From Paraphysomonas bandaiensis (lineage: Eukaryota; Protista; Chrysophyceae), in contig CBFFRP010000668.1 of assembly GCA_965644295.1 (NCBI GenBank), positions 64,267 through 128,266 on the forward strand: 64,000 nucleotides of DNA, written 5' to 3'. The position numbers and the translations under genes are program-made. The notes under the pieces are model-generated. The model had not been told where the DNA came from. It did not search any database and saw only the letters and a program-made list of their open reading frames with translations. Position 1 is the first letter of the stretch; each line of letters starts with the position of its first letter. Below are positions 1-13,346 of this stretch, piece after piece.

Positions 1-201
1 TTTATATTGAAAGTCTGTGTACCGATGGACCAGTGGTGCATAAAATGTAATTATATTACTATTACGTGTTTTGTAAATGAGTATAAATCAATACATTACT
101 AATTACTAAACAATTTCCAGCGATTTTTTTTACTTTACAGCCTATCAATATTTTAATTTTTTTATAGTACATTGGGTTGGTTTTCGCTCTATAATGTAAA
201 G

Positions 202-991
202 CAGGGATAGGGAACAATATATTGCAATACTATTGTTAGATAGCGTTCCATCAATAGTATTGATGGATTTTTTACACCGGTCCTACAATACAATTACAAT
301 ATATTGCAATATATTGTCAATGTATTGCAATATATTAGTATGTGACTAATCAGTAGGTAAGCACATCCGTAGATGTCATTTTTAGTATTAGTCATTAATC
401 ATTAAGATCACATGACAACCAAACTAACTGCTGCTTATAGCTACTAAAAATCCACCTCGTCCTCATCCTCTGAGCCATCATCGGTGATGTCAACATCACC
501 ATATTCATCCACAGAATTAATTGAAATATGCTAGTATCCGGCCATAACTATGGAATAGCTTTCAGAAACAACAACATATTAAGTAGGATGGATACTTTTG
601 CGCAACACTGATATAATATGTTTAGCTGTGCTGAACAGACGTTCCCATGTATGGGAAGTACATACCAGGGCCAGGAAACCGTTAATGACTCGTGGACCTG
701 TACGTTTCTTAATTTTTTGAGCTGACTGAAGATTTTTAGTCGCATATAGTCAACATATCAGCTTCATTATCCTTTGTAATGTTGTAATCAATTTCTCGGT
801 TATTTATATCCATTTTGCACCCTACAGTTGAGAATCTTCTCTTATATGACTATCATAATATTGATTGCAATATATTACAATAGTATTGTGAGCTCTTTTA
901 ACAGAAACACTATTGATGGAATATTTGACCAGTCCACCAATCAATATATTTTACAATGTATTGCAATACAATATATTGTTCCCTATTCCTG
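202..991 (-). mobile_element. Non-autonomous hAT DNA transposon (deletion derivative, family 1)
   Basis: TIR CAGGGATAGGGAACAATATATTG at 202 and its complement (1 mismatch) ending at 991; perfect 8-bp TSD ATGTAAAG (194-201, 992-999); internal remnant of the transposase C-terminus (LNMLLFLKA) shared with the 21761-23358 copy. Confidence 0.93.
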
Positions 992-1215
992 ATGTAAAGT
1001 TTATACGTTATACTACTCCACCCTCTTATTAAATATTAAAGTGCTCGATGTCTTTTCTACTACCTAATACATAATGACAATCGAGAGTGCAGAAGCGTGG
1101 AATAGTCTAAAAGAATAGAATATAGAGCATAAAATTGGTAATTACTTTTACATTCAATACCGGAACATACAATATACTAATGAACATAACTGCTGCGTTC
1201 AGGACCATATAGTCG

Positions 1216-3853
1216 CTATTCTCCCATAGAACTCAACAAATTGTCGACATCATTCTCGTCTACGTCATCATCATCACTTTCTTCCAAGCAAAACCTGCAC
1301 ACGGAGATTAAATTAAGCTTAACCAGCTGTAGGACGAACTCACCGATTTACAGATCTCTTGGCCGACTCCTCCCGAGCTTCAAAACTTGCCGCCAATTGC
1401 GCCGTCAGTTCAGCAAGATCTCTTTCACAATCTTTAACATAACCCTGTAATTGAGAAATTTTGTTTCTTGCATCTTGTAGTTGGGATAGTAGACTTCCCT
1501 TTTCGGCCTCGAGTGCCTTGACCACATTTTCAATTTCCCTAAACAAAATTGACGATGTCACATATCCACTAAACAAACAAACCTATTTTGATCAGCCAGT
1601 CGCTGTGCCTTCTCACGACTCTCCCGGAGTTTGGTTTCCATTTGAGCTGCTGTAATATTCGCTTTCTCCTTGAACTGATCAACCAGAATTTTGACCCTAC
1701 ACATGTAGAAGTGAAAAAAATCAGAGAAAAAATGAAAAGACAGTACCTGTGGTCCTCCGCACTGGCAACAGTTTCCATCTCTTTCATGGCGTGCTCAGCT
1801 TCAGAGGCGCGGCGTCTGTAGGCTGAGACTTCTTCATCCTTTAATCGAAGCATAGAGTTGATTCTCTCCTCAGTGTCCTTTTTAATATCCTCAAGCTCCT
1901 TTCCACGTTTGGTCGCAAGCTTAGCACACTCGACAGCTTCTCTTTGATGCTCCCGTAAGGAGGCACGCAATACCTCCATCTCTTTATCCCGACTGCGTCT
2001 ACTCTCCTCCGCAGCCAGTCGTTGAGATTCATCCTGCGTCCGGAGTCTATCTATTGTGAGTCTGAGTTCCGTATTCAGGTCCTGAACTGCCTTCAGTTTG
2101 ACCAGTGCATCCTCTCTCTCAGATACCACAGCGCGAATACGGGATTCTAGCTGAGCCATGCCTTGCTCCGATGCCCTTCGGTCCTCGTCAAATGAATGTC
2201 GCGCCTTCTCCAACAATGCTTGAGCAGATCGTAGCTCCCGCCCTGCCCGTTCCTCCTCACCTGTCCGGTATTTGGTAAGAGGGTAACATCAGTAGAAGTA
2301 CATTTTCAACCTCTGTGCTTTGCAACTCGAGCAGTTAGTTCCTCGATTTCGCTTTCCAACGACGCCAATTGACTAGTGGCCACTGACCTTGCAACCTCCA
2401 CAGCAGAATCAATCTCGGACTGCAACCATTAGGATAGAGATAAATACGGGAGTGCGGGAGGCCTACCTGCTTCTTCACCGCGGCCTTCTTTCGCTCATCC
2501 AGAAGCCGCTCAACCTCTCGCTTGAGCTGCTCCTCTCTTGCTACAGCCTGATCCCTCGCCACCAATGCTTCCTCCACTCGCTCTTTGCTCTCTCTACTTG
2601 CCCGTTCTACTTCTCCCTCACGGGCTGCATACTCGGAGAGCTGACGCTCTAGCCCACCCATCACCTGAAGCATTCCTTCTGCATCTTGGCGTGTGGCCTG
2701 GTACTCACGCCGGAGCTTGCGCGCTACCTCTTGCGCGCTGTCAAGGTCCTGCGTTTTTCGAAGAAGTAAGGAGTGAAGTTCCTTGACGCGGTCTTCCGCT
2801 CCCTTCAAACGACGCATCGCTGTGTGTCCATCCTCCTCTGCTTGAGCAATCACGCCTTTGAGCTGCTTTTCTAGAGCACTCACGGATCCCTCCGCCCGGC
2901 TGCACCGCTCCTCCCACACATCGAGTTGTTCCCTTAGATCACTCACCTCTATCTGTGCCCGACCCAAAGAGTCACTATAAGAGAGAGCTTGAGCAGCTGC
3001 GGCTTCTCGATCGCGTTCTGCCTGCGCATTCCGCTGTTTGAGAGACTGCACCTCCTTCGCTACCTCGCCAAGTTGCTCAGATAGTTCAGTGACAGTATTG
3101 GTCCGCGCTTCGAGTTCACTTAGACTCTCTTCTAATTCTAATGGCATTATGAACATTATTGAATCAGTTGACAAAACACCAAATCAATATTACCTGTCGA
3201 AAGAACAGCTTTCTGTTCAACCAGAAGGGCATTCTCCGACATCAGTATTTCAACTCGCTCATTTAGTTCATTGAGAAGCTCCATATTGAGCGGGCCGAGA
3301 GCTATGTAGAAAATGTTAGGTCGTACATCTGAGAAAAACATATAACGCTTACTTGACCCTCCACCATTCTGCTTCAGGTTATCGATTTGAGCTTCCCTTA
3401 GCGCTTCATTCTCGGCCAATATTTCTTCAACCTGTTTGCCATCATAAACTAGGAATAAATAACTACATGTCCCCTCACCTTTTCATGGAAACTTTCTAGT
3501 TGTCCAGATTGCTGCTCAACCATTGACTCTAGCTCAGCGATACGCGAATCATACGCCCGCAGCAGTGGAGTCATGACGTCTGCTGATGTTGCCCATGGGG
3601 GAAGATTCTCGTCTGATCGCACATCAATGTGCTCAGAGGGATACTTTACTTGAAAGTGTCTGAGCTCTTTTAAAGTCCTCTGAAGCTGATCGCGCAGAGA
3701 TACATTCTCTTTCCTGACTCTAGCGAGCTCTCCCTCATACACCTGTCTCTCCGAGTCCTTATCCAGTGCAAGATCCTCTCGATCTTCGCTAAGCTCACCG
3801 GGGGGCCGCAGCCAAGTCTTATCTCTGCTGCTCTGGGGGCCGCCTAAGTGCAT
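1216..3853 (-). CDS. Multi-exon centriolar coiled-coil protein, SCLT1/CEP89-like
   Basis: ORFs 3449-3853, 3156-3419, 2335-3174, 1569-2216 and 1340-1576 linked by short GT-AG introns; last exon ends EESDDDDVDENDVDNLLSSMGE*. Motif PPW..MTPLLRAYDSRI resembles CEP89/SCLT1 from recall; heptad-rich throughout. Confidence 0.6.
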
Positions 3854-4397
3854 TGTATCAGTATGGGCGGAGGAGCATAAATATAATCTGATCTGTTTTG
3901 TTTAGAGGTTGATTCCTGTATGCTGGGAGTGTTGTATACAGAGTACGCCTCATACTCATAGCAGGGCAGCGTATACAGATCCATGTACTCTGTACATACA
4001 TGTATATTCCTCCCATAGACATGCACACATCAAATTCAAACCTTTTCATCCCAACAGACAAAAAAACGAGATGGAGGACTACAGGACAGTATACCATTGT
4101 ATACTATCACGGCAGATTTGAAATTTCGAGCCCAGTTCAACAGCCATCTTTTCAAACTCCTCCTACACAAAAACACACTCGCAGCAGTGCAGGGCAGTGC
4201 AGGGCAGCAGGCTTGATGCTGCATGTCAGTCAGTTCTGCATGGGCACAAGCATAGCAGACATTTTAAAGTGCTGAGCTGGCATACATTTACTTGTATTCG
4301 TGAAATAAGTGGCTCACTGTACGTGCTGCTGCTCTTGTTATTGTCGTTACTCTTATTGTCGTGAGAGTAGTATATATATACACACCTGCTCCTCGCA

Positions 4398-7300
4398 ATG
4401 GAATATAAGAACAGCCTCCTCGCCTCTCTTCGTGATGTGGTCGAGGGTGATGCGCAGTCTCTTATCGGAGTGGTGAAGTCCTGTATAGAGGGCTGTGATG
4501 CGAATGAGATGTGGGCCCTCATGACAGCTGCTGAGATCGAGTTCTTATGGAGCGCTATAGCTCGAGCTACAGACAGTGCCATCGAGGGTGTAACGAATAG
4601 TGAAAATGGGTCGGAAATGTGTTTATTCTTGCGTGATGTTAGCGAGTTGTGCTATCAATTTGTGACTACAATGACTACGCGCGCAACCTCTCTGATGGTC
4701 ACTGTGCAGCACCTGCATGACATCCTCGTACTGTTGGATGAATCCGTAGCCGGATCTAAAGAATTGAAAAGATCAATTGCCAAGTTGTGTGAATGGTTTT
4801 GGGTTCACAACGAGAGCGGTGCTGAGGGATTGATAACTCAGCTGGTGCCTTACTTATTGCTGACTGCTTTAGACGAAGGTCGGCATGATTCGGATGTCAA
4901 AAGATTGTACTCTGTCCGAGACTCCTTGCTACTGTTAGACTATGAAGACCCCAGCATTCAAACAATACAAGGGCTTCTGCTCAGATGTTTTATCGACTCT
5001 ACATTCCTGAAAGTTGCTGAAGGCCGACGGTTTCTGTCATTTGTATTCAATCTTCATCAAGGTATATTGTTGTTGTAATAAGTGTACGTTATATAATGTT
5101 AGAGTAGGCTTGCACCCCCTTGTAATGGGCGTAATGAAACCACAGCTGGGTACCGGTAACCAGGCAGTATCGGAAGCTTATGGTGACATTCTTTATCGTG
5201 CGTGGCGTGACACAGATGCGTCGGGGCAACAGGATGATATTCGAGGAAGTATAGAAGATGCGCTTCAGGATCTCGCTCACTCCGCCTTACATGCCGCCGA
5301 GAAGAAATTTTTTCGCAGTTTGCGTACTGTACTTAACAGTTTTCATGCAAATAAAGCCTCCAAGGGTGTCGACGGGATGTTGCTGCGTATATATGGTCCT
5401 ATACTGTGGCGATCCCTACGGAGTGCTCATCCTGGAGTAAGGGCTCAGGCGGCTCAGGTTTTCTTTGACGCCTTCCCGCTACAAGGCGACGAGCGCATGG
5501 GAGCAGTAGAGACCGACCAACTATTGCAAAAGCAGTTTGACTTATTGACAGGTCTGCTGAAAGATGGGGATCACAGGGTCCGGGCGGTGGCAGCGCTCGG
5601 AGTTTGCCGGGTGCTGAGAGAGTTTTGGGAGGTAATCCCGCCTGCTACCACGCACCAGATTCTTTCATATGTGGTCGGAACACTGGGGGTGGATGCTGCA
5701 TGTGCTTCTGTGCGTGCTTCTGTCGTAAACGGAATGTGTGAGCTATTGAACAATCCTCTTGCTCACCCCGTCCTCACTGGACTTTTACCTACCTTGTCTA
5801 ATCTACTATGCGACTACTCTGAACGAGTGCGGCTTTGTTTCGTAAAGTTACTTTGTCAGGTAGCCTGTTTGTGGATCCATTTTATCCTGCATACTTAAAG
5901 TTTGCCTGCAGATAAAAACTATTCGAGGCTTTAAGTTTTATGATATAGTTTCTGTGGACCGCTTGTGTGAGCAGCTGAATGCCGACGCCGGCCGACCCCA
6001 CATTGTATTCGCTATGAGCGAGCTGCTCTTGAATTCTCTATACCCGCGGAGGGAAGACTTTCATGAGGGAAAAGAGGGCATAGACTACGCAGCCGAGCAG
6101 GTCCGCAGGTGTGTCAAATTTGTACGCGCCCACGAGAAGGCTGCTGTGGTGTTTTACGGAAACCTACATGAACATACTTCTGTTGGAAGCGCGACAAAGC
6201 TGTGCGTTCTCTTATGGCGACAACTTCTCTCCATACCAAACAAACAAGATGATACGGGACTAGTTCCCGACTCTTCCTCTCATAGTAGGAAGGCACAGAA
6301 GAGAGACGCATTGGTTTCTCGGGCGAAGAGAAGGAGGGAGAAAGAGGTAGGAAAACCTCCTTTTATTTTGTTGCCTCTGATCATTCATTTAGGTGTCAAG
6401 AAATGGTGATATGGATGATTTAGATCCCCAGTTCACTGCGGAGGCTGCTTATGACATCCTTATTGTAATTGAGTCTATCATGAACAGCATTAAGTACAAG
6501 TTATTGAAGCCGTCGTACGTCTTGTCCCGTGAGATGGTTAACCAACACATACTTTCTGAGCCTGTCAGAGCTGTTTTCCTCAGACTACTGGATATTCAGT
6601 CGAACTCAAGTCCCGGGTCTGAGGAACACTCTGCTGCTCTGGAAGCTACCTCTTCGTTGCTGCAGATCATTAGTGCTGTCACACTAGCTTCTGAGGATGC
6701 AAGAAGGCCACCGCCTCTCACCCGTGGTGATGTTATTGAGCTTTATTTTGAGTGGGGACATGGTACATTCTCGCAAAATTCGGATAACCGATTTTGTCAG
6801 TCTATATTGGATTGTGTTCTGGTTCGTAGTGGAGGGGATACACTGGAATCGTCAGTGTTTTCAATATGGGACGAGTTTAAACCCCATTTTACACATTTAG
6901 AAGAATTTGTTCGCTGTTCTGGTATTGTTTTACCCGAGGAAAGCTCTGAGGGTCGCCGTCGAGCTGCTTCTCATTCACAATTAGCTGGAAGTTTCGATGT
7001 TGCGCCCGCAGAATTGTTGCCCGTGATGTTCAAAATAATTCGGCTTATGAACACAATAGTATCAGGCGGTTCGGAGGTAGTGAGAGAGTATAGAGACTTT
7101 GTGTTTTCACACGATGAGGTACATTTGATATACACGTTGTTGATGATACCAATTTATGTTCTTCCAGGAGTACCGCAGGCTTGAAGATATACTGAGTGTT
7201 ATTCAGCGTGTGGTGTCGGCTCTTTTAAACTCCGACACATTGGAGCTATTGCGAGAACACTATCTGGACTGCCATATTCCTTTCGAAGCTCTCCTCGCAG

Positions 7301-8301
7301 CCTGTGTGAAGTTCTGGGTCACATGTGCGTGTCTACGCAGTGCGGCTGTAGAGGAGACAAGTGGAAGTGCCATGGGCGGTCTGCTGGAGTGGATTTCTGT
7401 GACAGTTGTCGATAACATATGCAAGAATGCTAGCGACAAGAATCTCTGTTCTTTTTCAGATCTTGTATTTGCCGCATGTTTAACCCCACTCAGTGATGCT
7501 CTGCTGACGGGTATAAGCAGTCGTGCGATTCTCTGCGAAACGTTAAGTTGGTGCTCCCGATTGGAATCGGTGCCCCCCACTTTGAATCATGCTCTAGTAT
7601 CTCTGTCCAGAATAGCATGTGTATTATACACGGAGTCCGCTCGCATAAAGACTGTTGATTCCTCTTTCTTTTCCACTGTGAACGATACTTGGGCTGCTTT
7701 AATGTCCGTCATACTACACAATATGCCGAACTCTTCGGGTTGGGTCGATGGACCGCTTGATGATATATCTCGGGCATTAGCGTACATGATATCACAGAAC
7801 TGCACAAGCAATCAGAAGACTGGAGCTGCAGTCCGTAGGGCATCTCGTAGTCGTAGGCTTATTGAATTATGCATCGACCAAGCTGTTGAAGTTGTCGTAG
7901 TGGAACCCTCACAGGGTGACTTCGGGGAGTGGAAGCTCGGGTCTGTGAAAGCTGAAGTATGTTTTGAAGTTCTTAGTAAGAAATTGGGCAGGAGCGAAGC
8001 TGTTGCAATATTTGCGGTGAATTACCTAGGGGAAATCTTGACGAGAGAGATGGATATGTTGGCAAATACTGAAGAAGAGAATAGCCCATCACGAACACCG
8101 CTGCTGCAGAAAGCAATGGTATTCAAAAGGGTTGTAGACATGTGTCCTGCAGAAGCAACTGAGAGTGCTGCCGATGTAATGAGTTCTCTTCTGAAGAAAG
8201 CACTATATGTTACTTCGAATCCAGCGGATGTAGAACGAACTTTGGCAGGAGACATAAAAGCAAATTTCGTTAATCTCATGACCACATTGTCGCAAAAATA
8301 A
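4398..8301 (+). CDS. NCAPG2: Condensin II complex subunit G2 (multi-exon)
   Basis: Motifs VPYLL..DVKRLYSVRDSLLLLDYED..LLLRCFI..FLKVAEGRRFLSFVF, PILWRSL, FFDAFPL, QKQFDLL..LLKD..VR..A..GVCRVL.EFWEVIP typical of CAP-G2; ORFs joined by short introns. Confidence 0.9.
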
Positions 8302-8619
8302 CAGAAGATGTATGCAACTGGGAAAATGGATGTTTTATAATTTAACTGTTATTTTATATATTGATACTGATGTATGTCTATTGAATGCTAAATAACTGAA
8401 GGCAAAGGAATTAATAGTGTAGTGATATTAAGTTAATAATCTCATATCCTATATTTGCGAATAATGGTGGTCACATCTTCTCGCGTTTTTGTGGCCATAC
8501 TTGTGTAAAACTTTATATATCTCTGCTCATGTCCTACTGAATTGAGCAAAACTTATCACAGCAGTTAGAGATATATAGTAATTTGGACTACGTGTATTAT
8601 AGTTTTCATAATATTGTTC

Positions 8620-9044
8620 CAGGGATAGGGAACAATATATTGCAATACTATTGTTAGATAGCGTTCCATCAATAGTATTGATGGAGATTTTACACCGGTC
8701 CTACAATACAATTACGATATATTGCAATATATAATATATTAGTATGACTAATCAGTAGGTAAGCACATCATTAAGATCACATGATGACAACCAAACCAAC
8801 TGCTGCTTATAGCTACTAAAAATCCACCTCGTCCTCATCCTCTGAGCCATCATCGGTGACGTCAACATCACCATATTCATCCACAGAATTAATTGAAATA
8901 TGCTAGTATCCGGCCATAACTATGGAATAGCTTTCAGAAACAACAGCATATTAAGTAGGATGGATACTTTTGCGCAACACTGATATAATATGTTTAGCTG
9001 TGCTGAACAGACGTTCCCATGTATGGGAAGTACATACCAGGGCC
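8620..9044 (-). mobile_element. Truncated hAT family 1 copy (one end only)
   Basis: Starts with the same TIR and is near-identical to 202-672; similarity stops after TACATACCAGGGCC. Confidence 0.88.
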
Positions 9045-9333
9045 TAATCGAATAGTAATATAATATATATGACAATACATATATTATATAGTAGTTGATT
9101 AGAGGCCTGTTTTGTTAGATATTTGACCTCTGGTATTCGCCCCCTCGGACGTTTAGTACATATTCTGTTCTATCGTCGATACACGACAGCACTAGCCCAG
9201 TCATGCATATCAAGTGTGGATTCACATTGAATAAGGTTTCTTTATCCCCCCAGACATAGTATACACTACACATACATCATGCAGCTCTAGTACTGTCTTT
9301 TAAAACATCTTACAAGAGGACAGCAATCCGAAT

Positions 9334-9955
9334 CCACAAAATAGTTCATTTTGATAAATATACTCAACAAGTCGAATTCGCACATTTTCGTGATGTTCTG
9401 GGGGTAAGTGCCGGAGTGAGCCGCATACATACACATCAGATTATGTTTTGCCCACTCGAAATATACTTGTGTGGTGCAACAAGAAGAAGAGACATTAATT
9501 CGTGTCACTTATATTGACATCTTTGGGACCTACAAAAATAAATAGGCATCCGGGAGCCTGGGCCCACATGAAAAGGGTAAGCGGCATCCGGACTGTTCAC
9601 CTACTTCAGGATCTGTTCCCCAAAGTCAGCAGATGTCTGGTATTATATCAATACAAATGCAGAGAACTATTTATTAGCACTCTAGTAACTAGCTAGCTTT
9701 AACGAGGAATGTACGTCAAAAACGTGGGAAATTTTTTTTCCCACGTTTGCATATTGTTTACTTATATCAGCATTCTGCTTTCTCAGTGATAGAGAGCAAA
9801 AGGGGTTGCACGTTGGTGCTTGCGGTGACGCACAAGAATAGTAGGGTTAAATAGTATAATATCAGACTTATAAGCACTAGTTAGTTAAATTGCAATGCTA
9901 AATTAGTTCTGAATCTTAAACGCCTATTGCTAATAATATGACATCATTCACTACT
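9334..9955 (+). mobile_element. Degenerate copy of ribozyme-headed non-autonomous retroelement (SINE-like)
   Basis: Colinear similarity to 14371-14939: head CTCAACAAGTCGAATTCGCAC..GTTCTGGGGG, body GGCATCCGGGA..GGGCCCAC, tail GGTTGCACGTTGGTGCTTGCGG..ACGCCTATTGCTAAT. Confidence 0.75.
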
Positions 9956-10504
9956 GTGTATCGTTTCTTCTTTCTTTAGTAAAGTATGATTCATTCAGCA
10001 CATACAAAGGCAATTCACAAATTGTCTTTGTCTGGAAAAACTCAAGTTAAACCACCTATTAATAAATATTGTTTAGATGTATACGATTATTGATATTTAT
10101 AGATTGGCAATATATGGTGAAGCCTATCAATATTGCAAGTTGAACTGAATAAATACTGATAAAGTTTATCACAATTGAATTAGTTGAGTGTTGTGCTATT
10201 TCATAGTTCAGTTACTATTCTTGGGAGTTAATATTGGTATCAGTTTTCATGTACATGTTACTAAATTCTCTCATCCGTTCCTATTATGAATTCGGTTCAC
10301 CTATTTTATAATACGACGCAGATTAGTTACACAACATGCAGCAGCACAGGGCATGATTAAGTTACAACTTTCGGTCAAACACTGACTTTTAGACGACGCA
10401 GTACCAAGTTAAAACTTATATTTAATAATTACGACACCGATCTCAGGAAAGAGAATACGCAGAGGATATTTCACATTTCATATCTGGATACTATTATTAC
10501 GGAC

Positions 10505-11454
10505 CTAAGCGGTCACTGTGTGTGAATGCTCTGTGGCAGCGTCAATATGTTGGTTGATACGCTGCTGTAAGGCGGCACGAATGTTACTCTCACAGGCAGA
10601 TAGTGTAGCTGCCGTCACACCGAAGTCCTCGCCATGTTCGAGGCAAAACTCTGTTGCACTCTCCTCTGGAGCAGACGGGTCAAATACATCAACTTTGAAT
10701 GTCACCTCTACTCCATGTACGACCAGAGGAATCTGCGTATCAATATCAGCACACCAATCGCTACATGTAATACTACTATAATACATTTACTAGATCAGCG
10801 GCATTCTTTTCAGCAGTGCGCTGATCGTTCTCGGGTAGTTTGCTTTTCAAGTGATTCGTAACAGGAGCAACACATCCAGAAATCATAGTCTCAGGTGTTA
10901 CACCAAACTCTTTGCCGTGCTCATCACAGAATTGAACTGCGAGATCGATAAGACGGACATTCGACGGCAGGAACTCGAACTCATAGGTCGGCCCTCCACG
11001 AACAGTCATTTTAATCTGCTCACAAAAATCAACCAATGACAGAGAGTTAACACGAATGAGAGTTAGACATTGAACTGACATTAACATAACTCTCGCGTGT
11101 GTCCGGCCTACTCTCTGTATCTGGAATACTCTCTTCGCTCTGTATCTCCTCTGTGTTCGGAGTAGGGGTCTCATCACTGCTGCTGCTGCTGCTGATAGGG
11201 GTCTCATCACTGCTGCTGCTGCTGATAGGGGTCTCATCGATAGGATCAGACTCATAAGATGCACCGCTTTCATCGACATTTGCATCATAGGGATGTGTGT
11301 GTGTGTCTTCTGTCACAGGCATGCTCATCGGCTGAGGCACATGAGCCCTCGGAGGAGAGAAAAACATCTCATCTGGAAGATATATAACCAGCAGAGTGAG
11401 CAGCAGACCAGTGAAGAAGAAGAACCTAGCCAAGAACGATATCTTTACAGACAT
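10505..11454 (-). CDS. Hypothetical N-terminally anchored protein with Ser-rich linker and two repeated FCxEHGxxFGVT domains (3 exons)
   Basis: ATG at 11454, hydrophobic segment FFFFTGLLLTLLVIYL, DETPISSSSS tandem repeats, two GT-AG introns join ORFs 11047-11466, 10776-11288 and 10505-10786. Confidence 0.7.
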
Positions 11455-11971
11455 TGCTTCGGACACCTACTGCAGGAAGCGGAGCTCTATGTGGGTGCAG
11501 AGGAGAATATGGAGGTGCAGTGAGTGGAGTTGCAAAAGAAGAGGCGAGTAGGACTCCTGCACATACACATGACCAACACGCATATATATACAGCCGTATA
11601 CGCACATAGACATACATATAAACACACACATACTCTGTACATGAAGCCGTATACCGTATACTCTATTTTCCACTGCTACATATACTGCTGTATACAGTGC
11701 TCTACATACGGTGTAGTTTAGTTGTATGTACAGTGTATGTGTGTCACATTTGAAATTCGAATATTCGAACTCAAACTGCTCTGAAGGGTCTGGATATACG
11801 TGTGTACTCTGTATGCAGATGTAGGCGTGCATGGTGTATTCTGAAGTGTATACTGCTGTATTGGTGAGATGGGCGGATCCTCAGCTCATGCATGGTATGG
11901 TATGGTATGGTATGCACTCAGATAACACTCTGTACTAAAACTAATTCTCTGAAGCGACTGACTGTGCGAGT

Positions 11972-13346
11972 ATGGCGGAGAGTATGGATGTGGATGAATG
12001 CCCCCCTGAGCCCGTGGCTGTGGACTTGCCCTGGATAGAGAAATATCGACCCAAATCACTGTCCGAGCTGATAGCTCACGATGAGATTATTAATATACGT
12101 ACACACTCATCACATGCTTTTATTCAGTGGATCTCATGATGTGTGTGTGCAGTGAACAGGCTCATTGATAGCAATAAGTTACCGCATCTTCTGTTTCACG
12201 GGCCTCCAGGGACAGGTAGACATACGCACACTGTCTGTATTGGTGTCATGATATTATTAGGGAAAACCTCTACAATAATTGCATGCGCAAAGAAGATGTT
12301 TGGACAGGAACAATATAAGTCTATGGTATTAGAGCTCAATGCCTCTGACGACAGAGGTATTACTGTTGTGAGAGAGCAGATTAAGGAGTTCGCCGGAACC
12401 AAAATGTTATTCAACAGAGGAGTGAAACTTATTATTTTGGATGAAGCTGATGCTATGACAGCAGATGCGCAGGCTGCTCTTCGAAGAGGTGCTATTGTTC
12501 TTTTGATTAGAGAGTAGTAGTCTAACACTATTTTGCAGTGATCGAAAAGTACACAAATAACACTCGGTTCTGCATGATTTGTAACTATGTGAATAAAATC
12601 ACTCCAGCGCTGCAATCACGTTGCACAAGGTACTCATATTTTTCATTGCTCGAGTTATTACTCACTTTTTGCTTATTCAGATTCCGCTTTGCTCCTCTGA
12701 AAACAGAGCAGGTAGGATAGTTTGATTCTGTTTTATAGTACATTTGGTTTGATGATATCGTTTTAAAATTGCAGATCAGAGGTAGGCTAGACGAAGTCAT
12801 TGCTTACGAGGGGTAAGACTAGTGGGTGCGATGTGTGCGTGTGGCTAACACGTTATTGTCAGAGTGAACGCAACCCAGAGTGGCAAGGATGCTATCCTAC
12901 ATCTTGCTGGCGGTGATTTGCGACGGGTGCTTAATCTTCTGCAGTCCGCACATATGGCTTTCAGAGAGGTCGACGAGCGGGCTGTATTCCTCACAGCGGG
13001 AGCTGTTTTGCCGGGAACTGTGACAAGTATTTTAAGCTCGCTTCTAAATGACCCCTTCGACGCTGCATACTCCTCCTTAGTTGCGGTGAGTATTTCGCGG
13101 TTCTTCCATAAAATACTAATATGCTCTATGATATAGGTGGTTAAGGAACACGGCTATGCAGTTTGCGATATTGCGACAGAGCTTAGCGTGCAAGTGGCCC
13201 GGCTAAGCCTCCCTAACCCTGTCATCGCTCATATACTAGACAAGTTGTCATGTGTGGAGTACCGCCTCTCACACGGTGTGAATGAAAAGATTCAAATTGG
13301 AGCTCTTGTTGGGGCGTTTGTTGTTGCCAGAAATATGATGCAGTAG
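11972..13346 (+). CDS. RFC5: Replication factor C subunit 5 (yeast Rfc3 orthologue), multi-exon
   Basis: [69 protein letters not shown] motifs across exons. Confidence 0.93.
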
